From Halocafeteria seosinensis (taxonomy: Eukaryota), in NCBI GenBank assembly GCA_001687465.1, contig LVLI01000229.1:248001-302361 (forward strand): DNA of 54,361 nt, given 5' to 3'. Positions within the stretch are counted from its first letter, which is position 1; each line of letters opens with the position of its first letter. Under the pieces are notes generated by a model. The model was given only the letters and a program-made list of their open reading frames with translations, ran no database searches and was not told where the DNA came from. Positions 24,311-34,648 of the stretch are shown one piece after another. The translations under genes were made by a program, and so were the position numbers.

Positions 24311-24563
24311 ACGGCTGTAAAACTCACTTTACTTCGTCAATAATTTGTAACTTTTCACCCATGCACTACTGGTATTATACGCTCCCGTCAACGCGAGAAG
24401 CTAAGTTTTACATTGTACGTATTAGTATTGCTCCTACCGGAAGACGTGTAGGCTACAGACTACGCTACGTCGTGTATGGGGTAGACTCTACCCGGAACCG
24501 GTCCAACATGTTCACGTTGTGGTGCATCACATCAACGGGGCAGACAGTGTACATGGTCGTAGG

Positions 24564-26147
24564 CTACCCGTAGCCTACTTGAGTCACAGCCAATTTTGTG
24601 ATCGTTGATTGATCACAACCGTGCATATTCAAGGATTCCAAACTAGACGGAAGATAGCGAAAAATTGAATCTGTAACTGTAGTCTGATTACACCGGGAAA
24701 TATTCAACAATGTCAAGTTGGAAAGATGCTGGAAAGCCAAATCGGTAATGGTGGTTTGACGACAATATTTCGCCTTCAGTGCCTTCAAGCCCCTCAGGTG
24801 CCGAAACGCATCGTCAGTAATAGTCGTTTGATTACAAGAAGTCATATCTAATGCAGTCAAATTTGACAAATACTGAAACACAGCATCTGTGACACTGGGT
24901 TGACTCCACCCTTTCATGCCCAAGTACCTGAGATTAATGAAGTGCCGATACACTGAATCGTCCATTCCTACTTTCCACCCTCCTGCATCTAAATATGTCA
25001 GTTGTTGTAATAAACGTTGGCACGGCCAGTCATTTTTTTGGAGGAAACAGTTTGAGATATCCAGACGTCTCAACTGTGGCACACTCTCCAGATCACACGT
25101 CTGAGCGAAGTGCGCAGGTCCATCCAATTCTAACGATGTCAAGCCACGAATAGACTTAAGTATCTCGGGTAACTCCAGAGGCTCGCTCAACTTAAGAGAC
25201 GCTAGGTGTGACAAATGCAAGAATGCCGACGCGCGCACACTTGACCCCGGCATACTATGCTGCATTCGTAATTTAGTTAAATTTGAACAATGTTGAAAGC
25301 AGCTTCTGGTCATCGTTTCCATATCACAAAGCAGTATACTCAAAGACCGCAGTGAGAGCAGATATCGAAACGCGTCATCGGTTATCGTGTTTTGATCGCA
25401 GTGCTTCATGCTTAAGTGTGTCAGTCGCGATAGGTGTTGGAATGCAAGGTCAGTTATGATGGTCTGTTTACAGCATTCCATGGACAACGAGTTCAAGCTG
25501 GAGAGATGCTGAAACGCAGCATCCGAAATGGATGATACGTAGCACCACATACGAAGTGCTCGTAGATTGCTCAAATGCTGAAAAGCTACCGCGACTTCGT
25601 CAGAGTCGCCAAAAACGTTCAAAAATGTCAACTGGGAGAAGTTTCGGAACCTGGGATCTATGGAACCAGATAATAGCGGTGGGACACCAAGTTTTCTCGA
25701 GTCCGTAAACAGTGCGCGTACCCTGTTCAGTCGCTGAAAGTTAGTGTCTAGGATTTCCACTGCTCTTTGTGGTTCGTCATCATAGTTCACTTTTTCAACT
25801 TTCAACATTCCGGAGAAATTGGGGAAGCATATGCTTGCTTGCCTGTTGTTTTCTGCACCAGATGCGATGTGAAAACACCTGGGCCAGAAGAGACTGTCAA
25901 CCCACTCCCCTTTGGAAGTTTCCACGGCTCTCCAATATTTCGTTGTCGTTCGCAAAGTCGAAGTTCTAGGACAACACATAGAGGACTTGGCGAAAGGAGG
26001 GTGAGAATAGTGCTGAAACCATGTTTCTAAATATGTCCGAAGCAGCACAGTGGTTAGTTTTAGTTTGGGGGTGTGACGACGTGACCTCTGTCTACTCCCT
26101 CGGTATGTATCAGTGTCTGTGAAATCTGCACTCTTTTCAGTGCGCAT
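24564..26147 (-). CDS. Leucine-rich repeat protein (25-aa cysteine-containing LRRs), apparently intronless; start uncertain
   Basis: A 527-aa ORF with repeated TITDxAFxHLxxLxxLxMxxCxQ units. There may be a degenerate F-box-like segment at the N-terminus. Confidence 0.75.
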   Translation of the reverse strand: MRTEKSADFTDTDTYRGSRQRSRRHTPKLKLTTVLLRTYLETWFQHYSHPPFAKSSMCCPRTSTLRTTTKYWRAVETSKGEWVDSLFWPRCFHIASGAENNRQASICFPNFSGMLKVEKVNYDDEPQRAVEILDTNFQRLNRVRALFTDSRKLGVPPLLSGSIDPRFRNFSQLTFLNVFGDSDEVAVAFQHLSNLRALRMWCYVSSISDAAFQHLSSLNSLSMECCKQTIITDLAFQHLSRLTHLSMKHCDQNTITDDAFRYLLSLRSLSILLCDMETMTRSCFQHCSNLTKLRMQHSMPGSSVRASAFLHLSHLASLKLSEPLELPEILKSIRGLTSLELDGPAHFAQTCDLESVPQLRRLDISNCFLQKNDWPCQRLLQQLTYLDAGGWKVGMDDSVYRHFINLRYLGMKGWSQPSVTDAVFQYLSNLTALDMTSCNQTTITDDAFRHLRGLKALKAKYCRQTTITDLAFQHLSNLTLLNISRCNQTTVTDSIFRYLPSSLESLNMHGCDQSTITKLAVTQVGYG

Positions 26148-26363
26148 TATTCATTCGTTCGTTTGATCTTCTTGCTTGCGGGACGCGCCAGTGCTAAGAG
26201 CAACAAAATACAATTCAACAGCGATACTTCACTCAGAAGTTCGACTTCATTTTGTCGAGCTTGAATCTGCAACATAATTGAGAGTTTTTGAGCAAGTGCT
26301 ACACACGATAGCAATTTCTAAACTATTCTAATTGACTGTTAAAAGAATGTCTGAAAAAGCATA

Positions 26364-27190
26364 ATGAACATGTTAGACATGCATGTAGGGCCCTCAGGAC
26401 GGTGGCAAAGTTCAGCTCTTAGGGAAGTAATCGTGAGTAATGATAGGTGCTATTCCCATTTTTTGTTTGATGAAGGGCATGCTCTAGATGATTATATGGG
26501 AAACAGCGTGGGAGCGGGGGATGTTAACGAGCAGTGCTTTACGACAATCCTGAAGTGAGCTTACAGTATTGGACAGTTCTCACTATACATACCGGTACAT
26601 GTCCATCTCACGTGTCTGTTCTCTCAGTCTTTAAAGAATCCACGTCATCGACGTCGGCAATGGATAGACTACAAAGTTAACATCGGAAAACCAAGCATGT
26701 TCCTATCAAAGCGGTTCAATGGAGTGAAAATGAAGCACTTCCTTAATGGAATGGACAAGGACAAAGTTGGTCGCCTATGTTTGGTACTAAAGTTTATGGA
26801 CATATGGATTGCGCAGTGGTAAGCTAAGCAGTAAACTGCATCCGAAAATCACCATTTCAAGTTTATGCCATCTATCGGATACTGCGAATGCTGGTACAGA
26901 CTCACGATTCCCCAAAAGAAAAAGACGACGAGGAGGAATCCGAGAAGGACGGGGTAGAGGGATATGAAGCAGAACAGCCCGAGACAGAAAACGCGGTGAG
27001 TTAAAAGAATGCAAAGAGGATGGGAAGGAGTCAGAAGACGACGAAGAGAAGGAAAGAGAGGCAGAAGGAGGCGGGAAAAGAAGAGCACGAGCCAGAAACA
27101 ACAGAAGGCGGAAGAGTCAGAAAAAGGCGAAGAGGATGGGGACCAGACCAGACGAGAACGGCGAAGAAAAAACACAATTAAGCTGTTAAG
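26364..27190 (+). pseudogene. Decayed coding remnant ending in acidic/basic low-complexity sequence
   Basis: Coding-like blocks (LKNPRHRRRQWIDYKVN..., PKEKDDEEESEKDG..., KEDGKESEDDEEKERE...) lie in different frames, with splice-like signals I could not join into one ORF. Confidence 0.3.
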
Positions 27191-27432
27191 CGAACAAATC
27201 GTGAGACGATGGATCGACTAGCATTGATAGTTTTTACAGAATATACAGACATTTGCCACCCTTCACTCTTATTTTTCCTTCGAGGTCTGAAACGTATATT
27301 CTCATGGACACCCTGTTGTGCTTCTGTACTTGTACAATACAGTATGTATAATTCTGCTGTCCTTTCACAATCAGAAGCATTTATCGTCTTCCCCTTCTTA
27401 TACTACCGGTGTTAAGGTTAGGATTCCTGACG

Positions 27433-30015
27433 TCATTTTGTGTCCTTTGCTGCGGCCTGCGTGATATCTGGGAGTTTCTGACTTCTTCTTCGCTTGACCG
27501 GCCCCTGTTTGACACGCTCCTGGATTATTGTTATGTGCCTAGGATTCAGTGGCTGTAAGTTAAGACAAGGTGTAATATATATAATTTTTCACATACAGAC
27601 ACTGTTGTAACTGCTTACCCTTATACAATATTCTTCTCCATGAACATTTGGAGTGCACAACGTCACCCAATTGTCATCCGACACCTTAATAGATTCCACA
27701 GAGTGCAACGAGATAGTACCTTTTCTTTCTGCCTTGCTTTCATCTACATAGTACGTAATGTTGTTTGCATCTATTTCAAAATAACGCGTCGATTTCTTTT
27801 TGACCCCAAGGGTTTTTCTGCCACCACTATACTTTTCCATCCAACCATGAACGGTTGGTACCTTAGCGTCCTCCCTATCCAGCTTGTCCCAATGAAGCGG
27901 GCTACTCTGCCATGGAAGAGATTCCTCACCACCTTCACCGCGTCCGGATGACGAATCTCTGTGCTTGAAAAGTCCACTTGGCTTTCGTCCTTGAGGAGGT
28001 TTTGGCTTCAGCGGACCGCTGCTACTTGTTGCGGCGCCACCTTGCGCTTCTGTTGCCGCGTTCGCGTTCGCACTCTCTCCGCTGGTCTGGCCACTTCCAG
28101 CTTCAGTAGGGCTAGCACCCTGTTTCCGATACCAAGTCCAGGAAGTTGTGTCATACTGAAGATCTTCAAATACACCGCTTTGCGCCAAGTCATCAGTCAG
28201 CTCATACACCTCCCCCTTGCTTAAATAGGGTTGAGCGCACAATGTTTTAAGAGTAAGCTGGGGGTCAATGGATCGGCGGGATACTGTCTCAAATAAATTG
28301 ATCAACCCTTCATAAGGGTTTTCGCTATTATCAAGCGCCATCGTTTTCCTTTGGTTGAGAGCAGCCGCTGCAGTGCGCAGCCACTTTGCCCAGTGGACAG
28401 TTTTTACAATAACATCGGGTTTCGTGCCGTAAGCACAGCGAAATACTAAGAGCAGCCTCTTACAAATTTTACCTGCCGCATGTATCGCAACGGGCAAAGG
28501 GAATCTGTCCGTGATATCTTGGATAAATTCTTTGCTCTTTTGCTGATAATGTTTTGCCTTGTCCTTAACCTCCTCGGCAGTAGGTTGTTCTCTTCGTTTT
28601 TCATTCCGCAGCAGTTCTTCCTTTAACGCAACTTCGAGTAAATTTTGTGGATTTTCGATGCCGTCGAAATCTTCGGGATAGAGTTCATGTATTTCCTTGT
28701 CTTCGGATTCGTCTTCCATCAAGTGGTCTGCATGGTACGTGAGCCTCTCAATCGTAGTGTTTGCACCAAGAGCATCTTTTCTCTGCTTATTGGAGCCAGC
28801 AACTAACTCGTACGGATGTCCCCAAATATCCTCCTGGTGCTGTAACAGACGGTCTACGAGAAACGGTTGAGTTCCGCGGAGGAAGGACAGCAATTCATTT
28901 GCCTTTTTTGACAATTCAGGATCAGCTGCGCTGCAAAGTGATTCTACAATCTCTTCATGTGCTTGAACGGCACCCTTGTATACACCCGCAACATTCATTA
29001 GTTCTGCGACCAGATTTGTTGTTTGCATAAGCCGCTCGGAATGACACCATTGAACAAGCTTTTTCGACACCTCTACAGCCGAGTCCGGGTCAATACGTCC
29101 AATCGCACCCAGGGCAAAAAACGCTATACGACACCCCTCTGTTGAATCTGCCAGGCGTTCTTCGGTTGCTTCAATAATTGCATCAAGAAAAGGGCGAACC
29201 ACAAGCGCATTCCTGTGTGCTATGATGGCGAGAATGTTGATACTCGGCCTGTAAGTTCGCTTAAGCATTTTTGCAATGTAATCTACGAAAGCATATAGCA
29301 CTCTAGGTGAATGCTCCGTTGCTTTTTCGACAACCTCAATTGCGTACGGGTCCTGATTTATGCCGAACTGGATAACGGTGTCAACCCGGTTTAACACGAT
29401 TCTCGGAGCATGCCGTGCTGTCTCTTTGAGAAACGCAAGCAACTTTGTCCCACCTAGTGCGGCGTCTGTTCGAAATTCCAAAGCTTCGAGTATATTATCA
29501 CCATAGTGGACGGCCAACTTTGGGTTCCGCGAGAATTGGTCTCGCACGAACTCTGAACAGTGGATAGCGAGTGTATCGTCGTTTAGCGGAAATAAGGCGA
29601 AGCAAAGCTTTAGCATTTGACTTTGTGCCCCTTTCCCTTGTTTGGACAGAGTCTCTAATGCGATGAAAAGATAGCGCAATCCATCGACTAGTCCATTGAA
29701 GCGGAACTCCGAATTCACGGCAACATGGGTCCACCAACGCCCCAGTTTGATGAGTAGTGGGGTGTGCTCCTGCAGTTTGTCCGCCTGGGTTTCAGCGATT
29801 TTGGGCAAAGGGGAAAGAATTTCACCGATGCAATTCAACTGCTTTATGGTCATTTGTCGCTGTTGATAAGACACCCGAGGATCGAAGGAATTCAAGGCCC
29901 GCAGCATCCATGGCAAATCCTGCAAAACTTTGGACGCACTCAACGAAGCCACGGATTCCACGGCCATCGTATCTCCGTCCAGAAACTCGGAAAGGATCTT
30001 CTTTAGATCACTCAT
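27433..30015 (-). CDS. Melted/VEPH1-like protein: N-terminal ARM/HEAT-like solenoid and C-terminal PH domain (~838 aa)
   Basis: Exons 30015-27619 and 27552-27433 (66-nt phase-0 intron). PH domain: HGWMEKYSGG...RYFEIDANNITYY..KGTISL. The blocks ALGAIGRIDPDSA, FIQDITDRFPLP and LTDDLAQSGVFEDLQY resemble Melted/VEPH1 conserved blocks from memory. Confidence 0.65.
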
Positions 30016-30790
30016 CTTTCAATTTATACCGTAAAAACCCCCTGGAAGTCCAACAAACAATACATCCGTTAGATCGACAGTAGCGCACTTTCCAAAATTT
30101 TCTCGCACCCTCTTGCACTTTCACCAATGCATAAACCCAGGGTACAGGTACAGTACCAAGCATCGAATGCTCCCAATACATCCTGAAAACAATAGACTGA
30201 CAGGTGCATGATGGAAGACACAGCCCATGACTGAATTGGTCGCAGGGTGGGTCGCACGATTCTACGAATTCATCCATTCGAGAGTATTTTCTCACTATAC
30301 CTCCCATATTCCGTGCGGACATAGTGGTGTTATATTATGTTGGCATGATATAGGGGTCAGCAGGACAATTAACTCGTCAGTGACGTCAAACGCGCGAGTG
30401 ACGGGTTCCGACTCATCTTGAGCCATTGTTCTACAATTGTGTTGTACAACTTGCCTACGGAAGTACAGACAGATTGAGTACCACGTATTACACTCTCATA
30501 ATTCATTGTTTTCCCTAACAAGTGGCTACATGTCCGACGCTGTCATTCGGTCAAATACTTTTGTCTTTGCCAGTTCCAGAAGCCCGCTGGTTTGAGGAAT
30601 CGAATTTCTAACTTCAATGAATGGACGTCTCTCCAAAGCACATACCACTTGTTATATTTTGTACTGGAGCACTGCGATGGATATCTATGGGTTATAGTCC
30701 CATTGAAATAGTGAATGGTGGGGAATAGATACCGATGACTGTCGCAGAACTATAGATATGACAAACCTCTTTCAGTTCCGATTGGGGAAT

Positions 30791-30864
30791 GCCCTTGTAG
30801 CTCAGTGGGATAGAGCATCTCCTTCCTAAGGTGAAAGTCGTGGGTTCGAACCCCACCAAGGGTA
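30791..30864 (+). tRNA. tRNA-Arg(CCT), intronless
   Basis: Acceptor stem GCCCTTG/CAAGGGT, anticodon arm TCTCC-TTCCTAA-GGTGA (one T-T mismatch), T arm GTGGG-TTCGAAC-CCCAC. A T-run follows directly downstream. Confidence 0.9.
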
Positions 30865-30873
30865 CTCTTTTTT

Positions 30874-30888
30874 TGTGTGTGTGTGTGT
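30874..30888. repeat. (TG)n microsatellite
   Basis: tgtgtgtgtgtgtgt directly follows the tRNA T-run. Confidence 0.7.
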
Positions 30889-31041
30889 CGCTCCTCGTCT
30901 TCCCATTCGAGGACTGCGCCCAATTTTGGACACAGTTTTACCGACGACAAAGGTGCTCTTTCTCCCTTCGTAAACGTTCCTTATATAGCGTCGTGCTGAC
31001 GCATTGAGTTCTTCAAGAAACACAACTTCAACGTGGATGTT

Positions 31042-31057
31042 CCCAAGTTGAAGTTGG
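31042..31057 (+). promoter_or_regulatory. CAAGTTGAAGT candidate promoter motif (also at 20116-20128 and 50372-50385 on the minus strand)
   Basis: It has the same sense orientation upstream of three genes, and lies ~86-89 bp before the ATG in two of them. Confidence 0.4.
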
Positions 31058-31142
31058 AAGCCAGATTCGTATAACGGGTTGGTTTGATGGGTTATATGAC
31101 TCGAATGACCTTTGGAAGAGCTTGGATAGGTGATCGAGAGTG

Positions 31143-34100
31143 ATGGCTTCCGGGGACCGTAAGTATTTGGCTGGTGGAGCGACGGCGGGACAGGCTTATC
31201 AGCAGTCGTTTAGAGCCGTTCGTGCCACGGACCCGGGAATCGTCGACGAGGTGAGTCTTTGGAGCATAACTTTTTCGGTACTCGTCGGAATTTCGCGCAC
31301 TTTGGCTCGTTGGATGTGGCATAATTTGCGCTTTCATATTTGCTACTTGCAGACGCAGGGACTGTCTCTCCATAACGCAGCGCAATTTTCTTTCCAAGCA
31401 GCCTCGAGCAATTTGCAAGCGTCATTGGATGTGGAGTTTCTTGAGAAGGAGCTCGAAGCATGGTACCGCGCCGATGGGACAGTATCGGAGACGAGTGACG
31501 AAGATATCCCACTCGGAATCAGTGGTGATGGAGACCAGAATTTGAGAGAGGAACGATGGGCCTGGGACCAGCCGGTCGATTTTGAAGCCTCAGATAAAAC
31601 TTCTCTAAAATGGGCCATGGAATTACTGAGGGAGGAAAACAGAGCTGAGGGACAGATGAATTTATTGAATGGAAATCGATACTTTGGTAATCGGCATTTA
31701 GTGGATGAGCACCAGTCATCGGCTTCCTCAGCAGCCACGGATGAGGACCAACAGGGATCTCACACTGATGGTGAGGAGGAAGAAGCTCAAACAGAGCGCA
31801 ATCAGATAATGCAGCACCACGACAAGCTTCAACGTAATCAACTAGATAATGCTATCACCGAACTTCGAACGAAGAGTAGTGCGGCTCAACGTACTAGCTA
31901 CAAGAAAAAGGAAGAAGACGATAGTGTAAATCCTTTTGCTTCGTCCACCCCTGCAAGTCCCGCAGCGTCGTCTTCTCGTACTGGCCCTCGTGAACTGAAT
32001 GATTCATCAACATCCCCTACGAATGCAATTGGTGGGAAGGCCCTTGCTTCGTCGTCACCAAGGTCTGAATGCAATAGCGAACCGCATGCAGCCGAAGGCA
32101 GGAAATCACCTGAACGATTCAAAGTAAGCGCTAGAGCAAGGACTTCTAGTGCCGCATCTTCAGGTTCTGTTATCGACAAAATAGTGGACGCCGCAAATGA
32201 ACTATCCAAATGCCGCAAGAGGATGGATCAATTGCTGGAAGGAAGCGATGCAGCCGCGTTGAAGCTGCGGAAACTACATCAGCGCTCACAGGCACCTGAG
32301 AGTGACCATAAACGATCATCAGCAAATGCTGATAGGCAGACCAAGAAAAAAAGGGAAACTCTCACCGCTGCTGATTTGTTGAATATGCATGGAGAAGGTT
32401 CTGGGAATCCATTTGATTCTGTCTTCACTACCCTCCCTAGCCATATTGATAGAGTGGGCTCCAATGTTGATAAGATGCGGAAGCTTGAGTGCTCAATGGT
32501 AGGGTCAACGGGTGATGCAGTTTCTGCAAGTCGCCGCCGTGGCCAAACTTCTGGGATCTCAGAGGATGTAGTTGAAGAGCTGCGTTCCGTCTTGGAAACG
32601 TCGATACGGGACTTGCAAACTTGCGAAGTCGACATTCAGTCTTTAGCGGAAACGGAGAAGACAACGAAAAGACAAGCTCGGACAACAGAACAGTGGCTTC
32701 AGAAGGAGGTCAAAGATTTCCGGAAAGAATTTTTTCTGAAGTTTCAAGTACTTGCAGAAGCTTTGAAACAATTCAAGCAAGAATTTTTATCGCAAGGCGA
32801 ACGCAATTTTGCCCATGTTAAGCTTCCAAGAACTGCATCTTCTAATGATTTGGCCAATGAGGAAAAGCAAGCATACGACGATTTTACGGCTTTATCACCT
32901 ACAGCAAACGATAGAACTGGACTCGCCAAGGGCTCCGAGAAGTCGAAGACCGCGATGAAACCTTTTCTCCGTGATGCTTGGTATATTTGCCCACAGATAG
33001 ATGATAGGTTTCATAGTGCTTTGCTGTTAACACCAGCGCGCAAAGCTTGCCATTCATTGCGACAAGAAACGGAAACTCTGAGAGCCTCATTGTTTGGTAA
33101 TCATGCCTTAGAAGATTATGTCAATTTTCTGATGCTTCAGAACGAGAAAATAGCATCCCAACTGTCGGCCTCAGAACATGAGGTTAGAGTTGCGAGGTCC
33201 GAAGCAGACGAAACTAAACGAAAGTACAATGGTTTGATGGAGCAACTTGAAGAAAAACTGCGTCTCAGGACGACCGACGTCGAAAACCTCGAGAGACAGA
33301 AAACTGAACTGCAGAACCAGAATGCAGAACTTAATCGTCAAATCCAGGAACTCCAGCATACTTTGCAATCACAGCAACAGTTTCGTGCTCATAGTAACCA
33401 TTCACCATACAGTAACAGTACAGGGGAGACCCCGCCGTCTAACGTTCAAACAGAAACCTCGAAGACATCAAGTGGCGCTGCTATACCGGCTCTGCCTGGC
33501 GGAAAATACAGGGAGCGCCGGAATACTCAGCACGCGTATCCTGTTGGTAGACAGTCGCCTTCCCCCTCTTTAAGACCAGATATTCCTCAGGATTCAAGAC
33601 CAAAGTCTGTCAAAGGGCCCACAGGACTTCCAGGTAACTTCGCTGGTGTCACTGCTTCTCGACCGCGAAGAGCAACATTTAGCACTGGCAGAAGGGATGG
33701 TGTAACTACCTCCGCGGAGCACGTTATATTAGCTTCTCCAGCGTTCACAGCGCAAAATAGTGGTCAGGACACACACACCACCGCTGTATCTCAGGGCAGC
33801 GGGGCCCCTTACAAGACTCCACCGTCTACGATGACGGGGGTAGGAAACCGAAAGCTAAATGAACGGACATTCGACACTGGATTTACACTGCCTGCTAATC
33901 GAGCACAAATCGGTGCAAAAGAATCCTCAAAGGCTCAAGAAAACCAGCCTCAAACAATCCTTCAGTACCTGCGACAGCAAAATGACGCTGCGGGAGCAGG
34001 AGCCCATGAGAGTGGTAGTTCCTCTCAGAAGTCTAAAGAGTCTTATACTACATGTACTTCGAGTGACAAGAGGAACAACCGTCCTGCCCGGGAGTCTGCC

Positions 34101-34454
34101 GCCGCAAAAACCGATACTGGGGCGCAACAGTACAACTATCGACGGCCTTCAGCACAGTTTAATGAAGTTTTTGATGCAGCGCAAAAAGAAATGAATGAAG
34201 ATGCTGGCTCATGGACGACGTCCTCAGAAGAAGGGGAGCGAGAGCGGTGGAGTAATCCAACTCCTGATTCTGAAGTTTCTGGGTCTCCAAAGCCGCTGCA
34301 ATTTCAAAACGGGGAAGCACAAGAAGATCTTGATGATGAAGGTGTGGAGGGTGTCCCACTGGAGCGCTTGAGTCCATTATCCCGCTTTAAGGTAATGCAC
34401 GAGCTGAAGGCTCCTGATGCTCAGTTTGATAGCGAAAAAGAAAAAGAGGAGTAA
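31143..34454 (+). CDS. Uncharacterised low-complexity and coiled-coil protein (~1069 aa if the in-frame intron is spliced)
   Basis: A 1104-codon ORF with a probable 102-nt in-frame intron at 31251-31352 (GTGAGT..TTGCAG). A heptad-rich stretch lies at ~33140-33380. No family recognised. Confidence 0.75.
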   Translation: MASGDRKYLAGGATAGQAYQQSFRAVRATDPGIVDEVSLWSITFSVLVGISRTLARWMWHNLRFHICYLQTQGLSLHNAAQFSFQAASSNLQASLDVEFLEKELEAWYRADGTVSETSDEDIPLGISGDGDQNLREERWAWDQPVDFEASDKTSLKWAMELLREENRAEGQMNLLNGNRYFGNRHLVDEHQSSASSAATDEDQQGSHTDGEEEEAQTERNQIMQHHDKLQRNQLDNAITELRTKSSAAQRTSYKKKEEDDSVNPFASSTPASPAASSSRTGPRELNDSSTSPTNAIGGKALASSSPRSECNSEPHAAEGRKSPERFKVSARARTSSAASSGSVIDKIVDAANELSKCRKRMDQLLEGSDAAALKLRKLHQRSQAPESDHKRSSANADRQTKKKRETLTAADLLNMHGEGSGNPFDSVFTTLPSHIDRVGSNVDKMRKLECSMVGSTGDAVSASRRRGQTSGISEDVVEELRSVLETSIRDLQTCEVDIQSLAETEKTTKRQARTTEQWLQKEVKDFRKEFFLKFQVLAEALKQFKQEFLSQGERNFAHVKLPRTASSNDLANEEKQAYDDFTALSPTANDRTGLAKGSEKSKTAMKPFLRDAWYICPQIDDRFHSALLLTPARKACHSLRQETETLRASLFGNHALEDYVNFLMLQNEKIASQLSASEHEVRVARSEADETKRKYNGLMEQLEEKLRLRTTDVENLERQKTELQNQNAELNRQIQELQHTLQSQQQFRAHSNHSPYSNSTGETPPSNVQTETSKTSSGAAIPALPGGKYRERRNTQHAYPVGRQSPSPSLRPDIPQDSRPKSVKGPTGLPGNFAGVTASRPRRATFSTGRRDGVTTSAEHVILASPAFTAQNSGQDTHTTAVSQGSGAPYKTPPSTMTGVGNRKLNERTFDTGFTLPANRAQIGAKESSKAQENQPQTILQYLRQQNDAAGAGAHESGSSSQKSKESYTTCTSSDKRNNRPARESAAAKTDTGAQQYNYRRPSAQFNEVFDAAQKEMNEDAGSWTTSSEEGERERWSNPTPDSEVSGSPKPLQFQNGEAQEDLDDEGVEGVPLERLSPLSRFKVMHELKAPDAQFDSEKEKEE

Positions 34455-34648
34455 ACGAAGGAAAGGGGCCGAGTTTTATTCTTGCGAAAGCCTTCCACAC
34501 AGCTGGAAGATGAGGGTGTCGACGCTTTCCACAGTGTGCGCGCAGAATTTGAAGCCTGCGGCCGCAAACAACTGGTTTTGCTGTTTAAATGCTTTCACGT
34601 TGTTGATAAGCGCATCGTGCGACTCTTTAGTACATCATGTAACTGATG

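Noticed and set aside
26460..26495. FDEGH resembling the DEAH motif of XPD/FANCJ helicases
   Set aside because: No other helicase motifs are nearby.
30008..30322. ORF overlapping the VEPH1-like start, with PH-like KFWKVRYC
   Set aside because: No splice path joins it in frame to the main ORF, and the similarity is too short.
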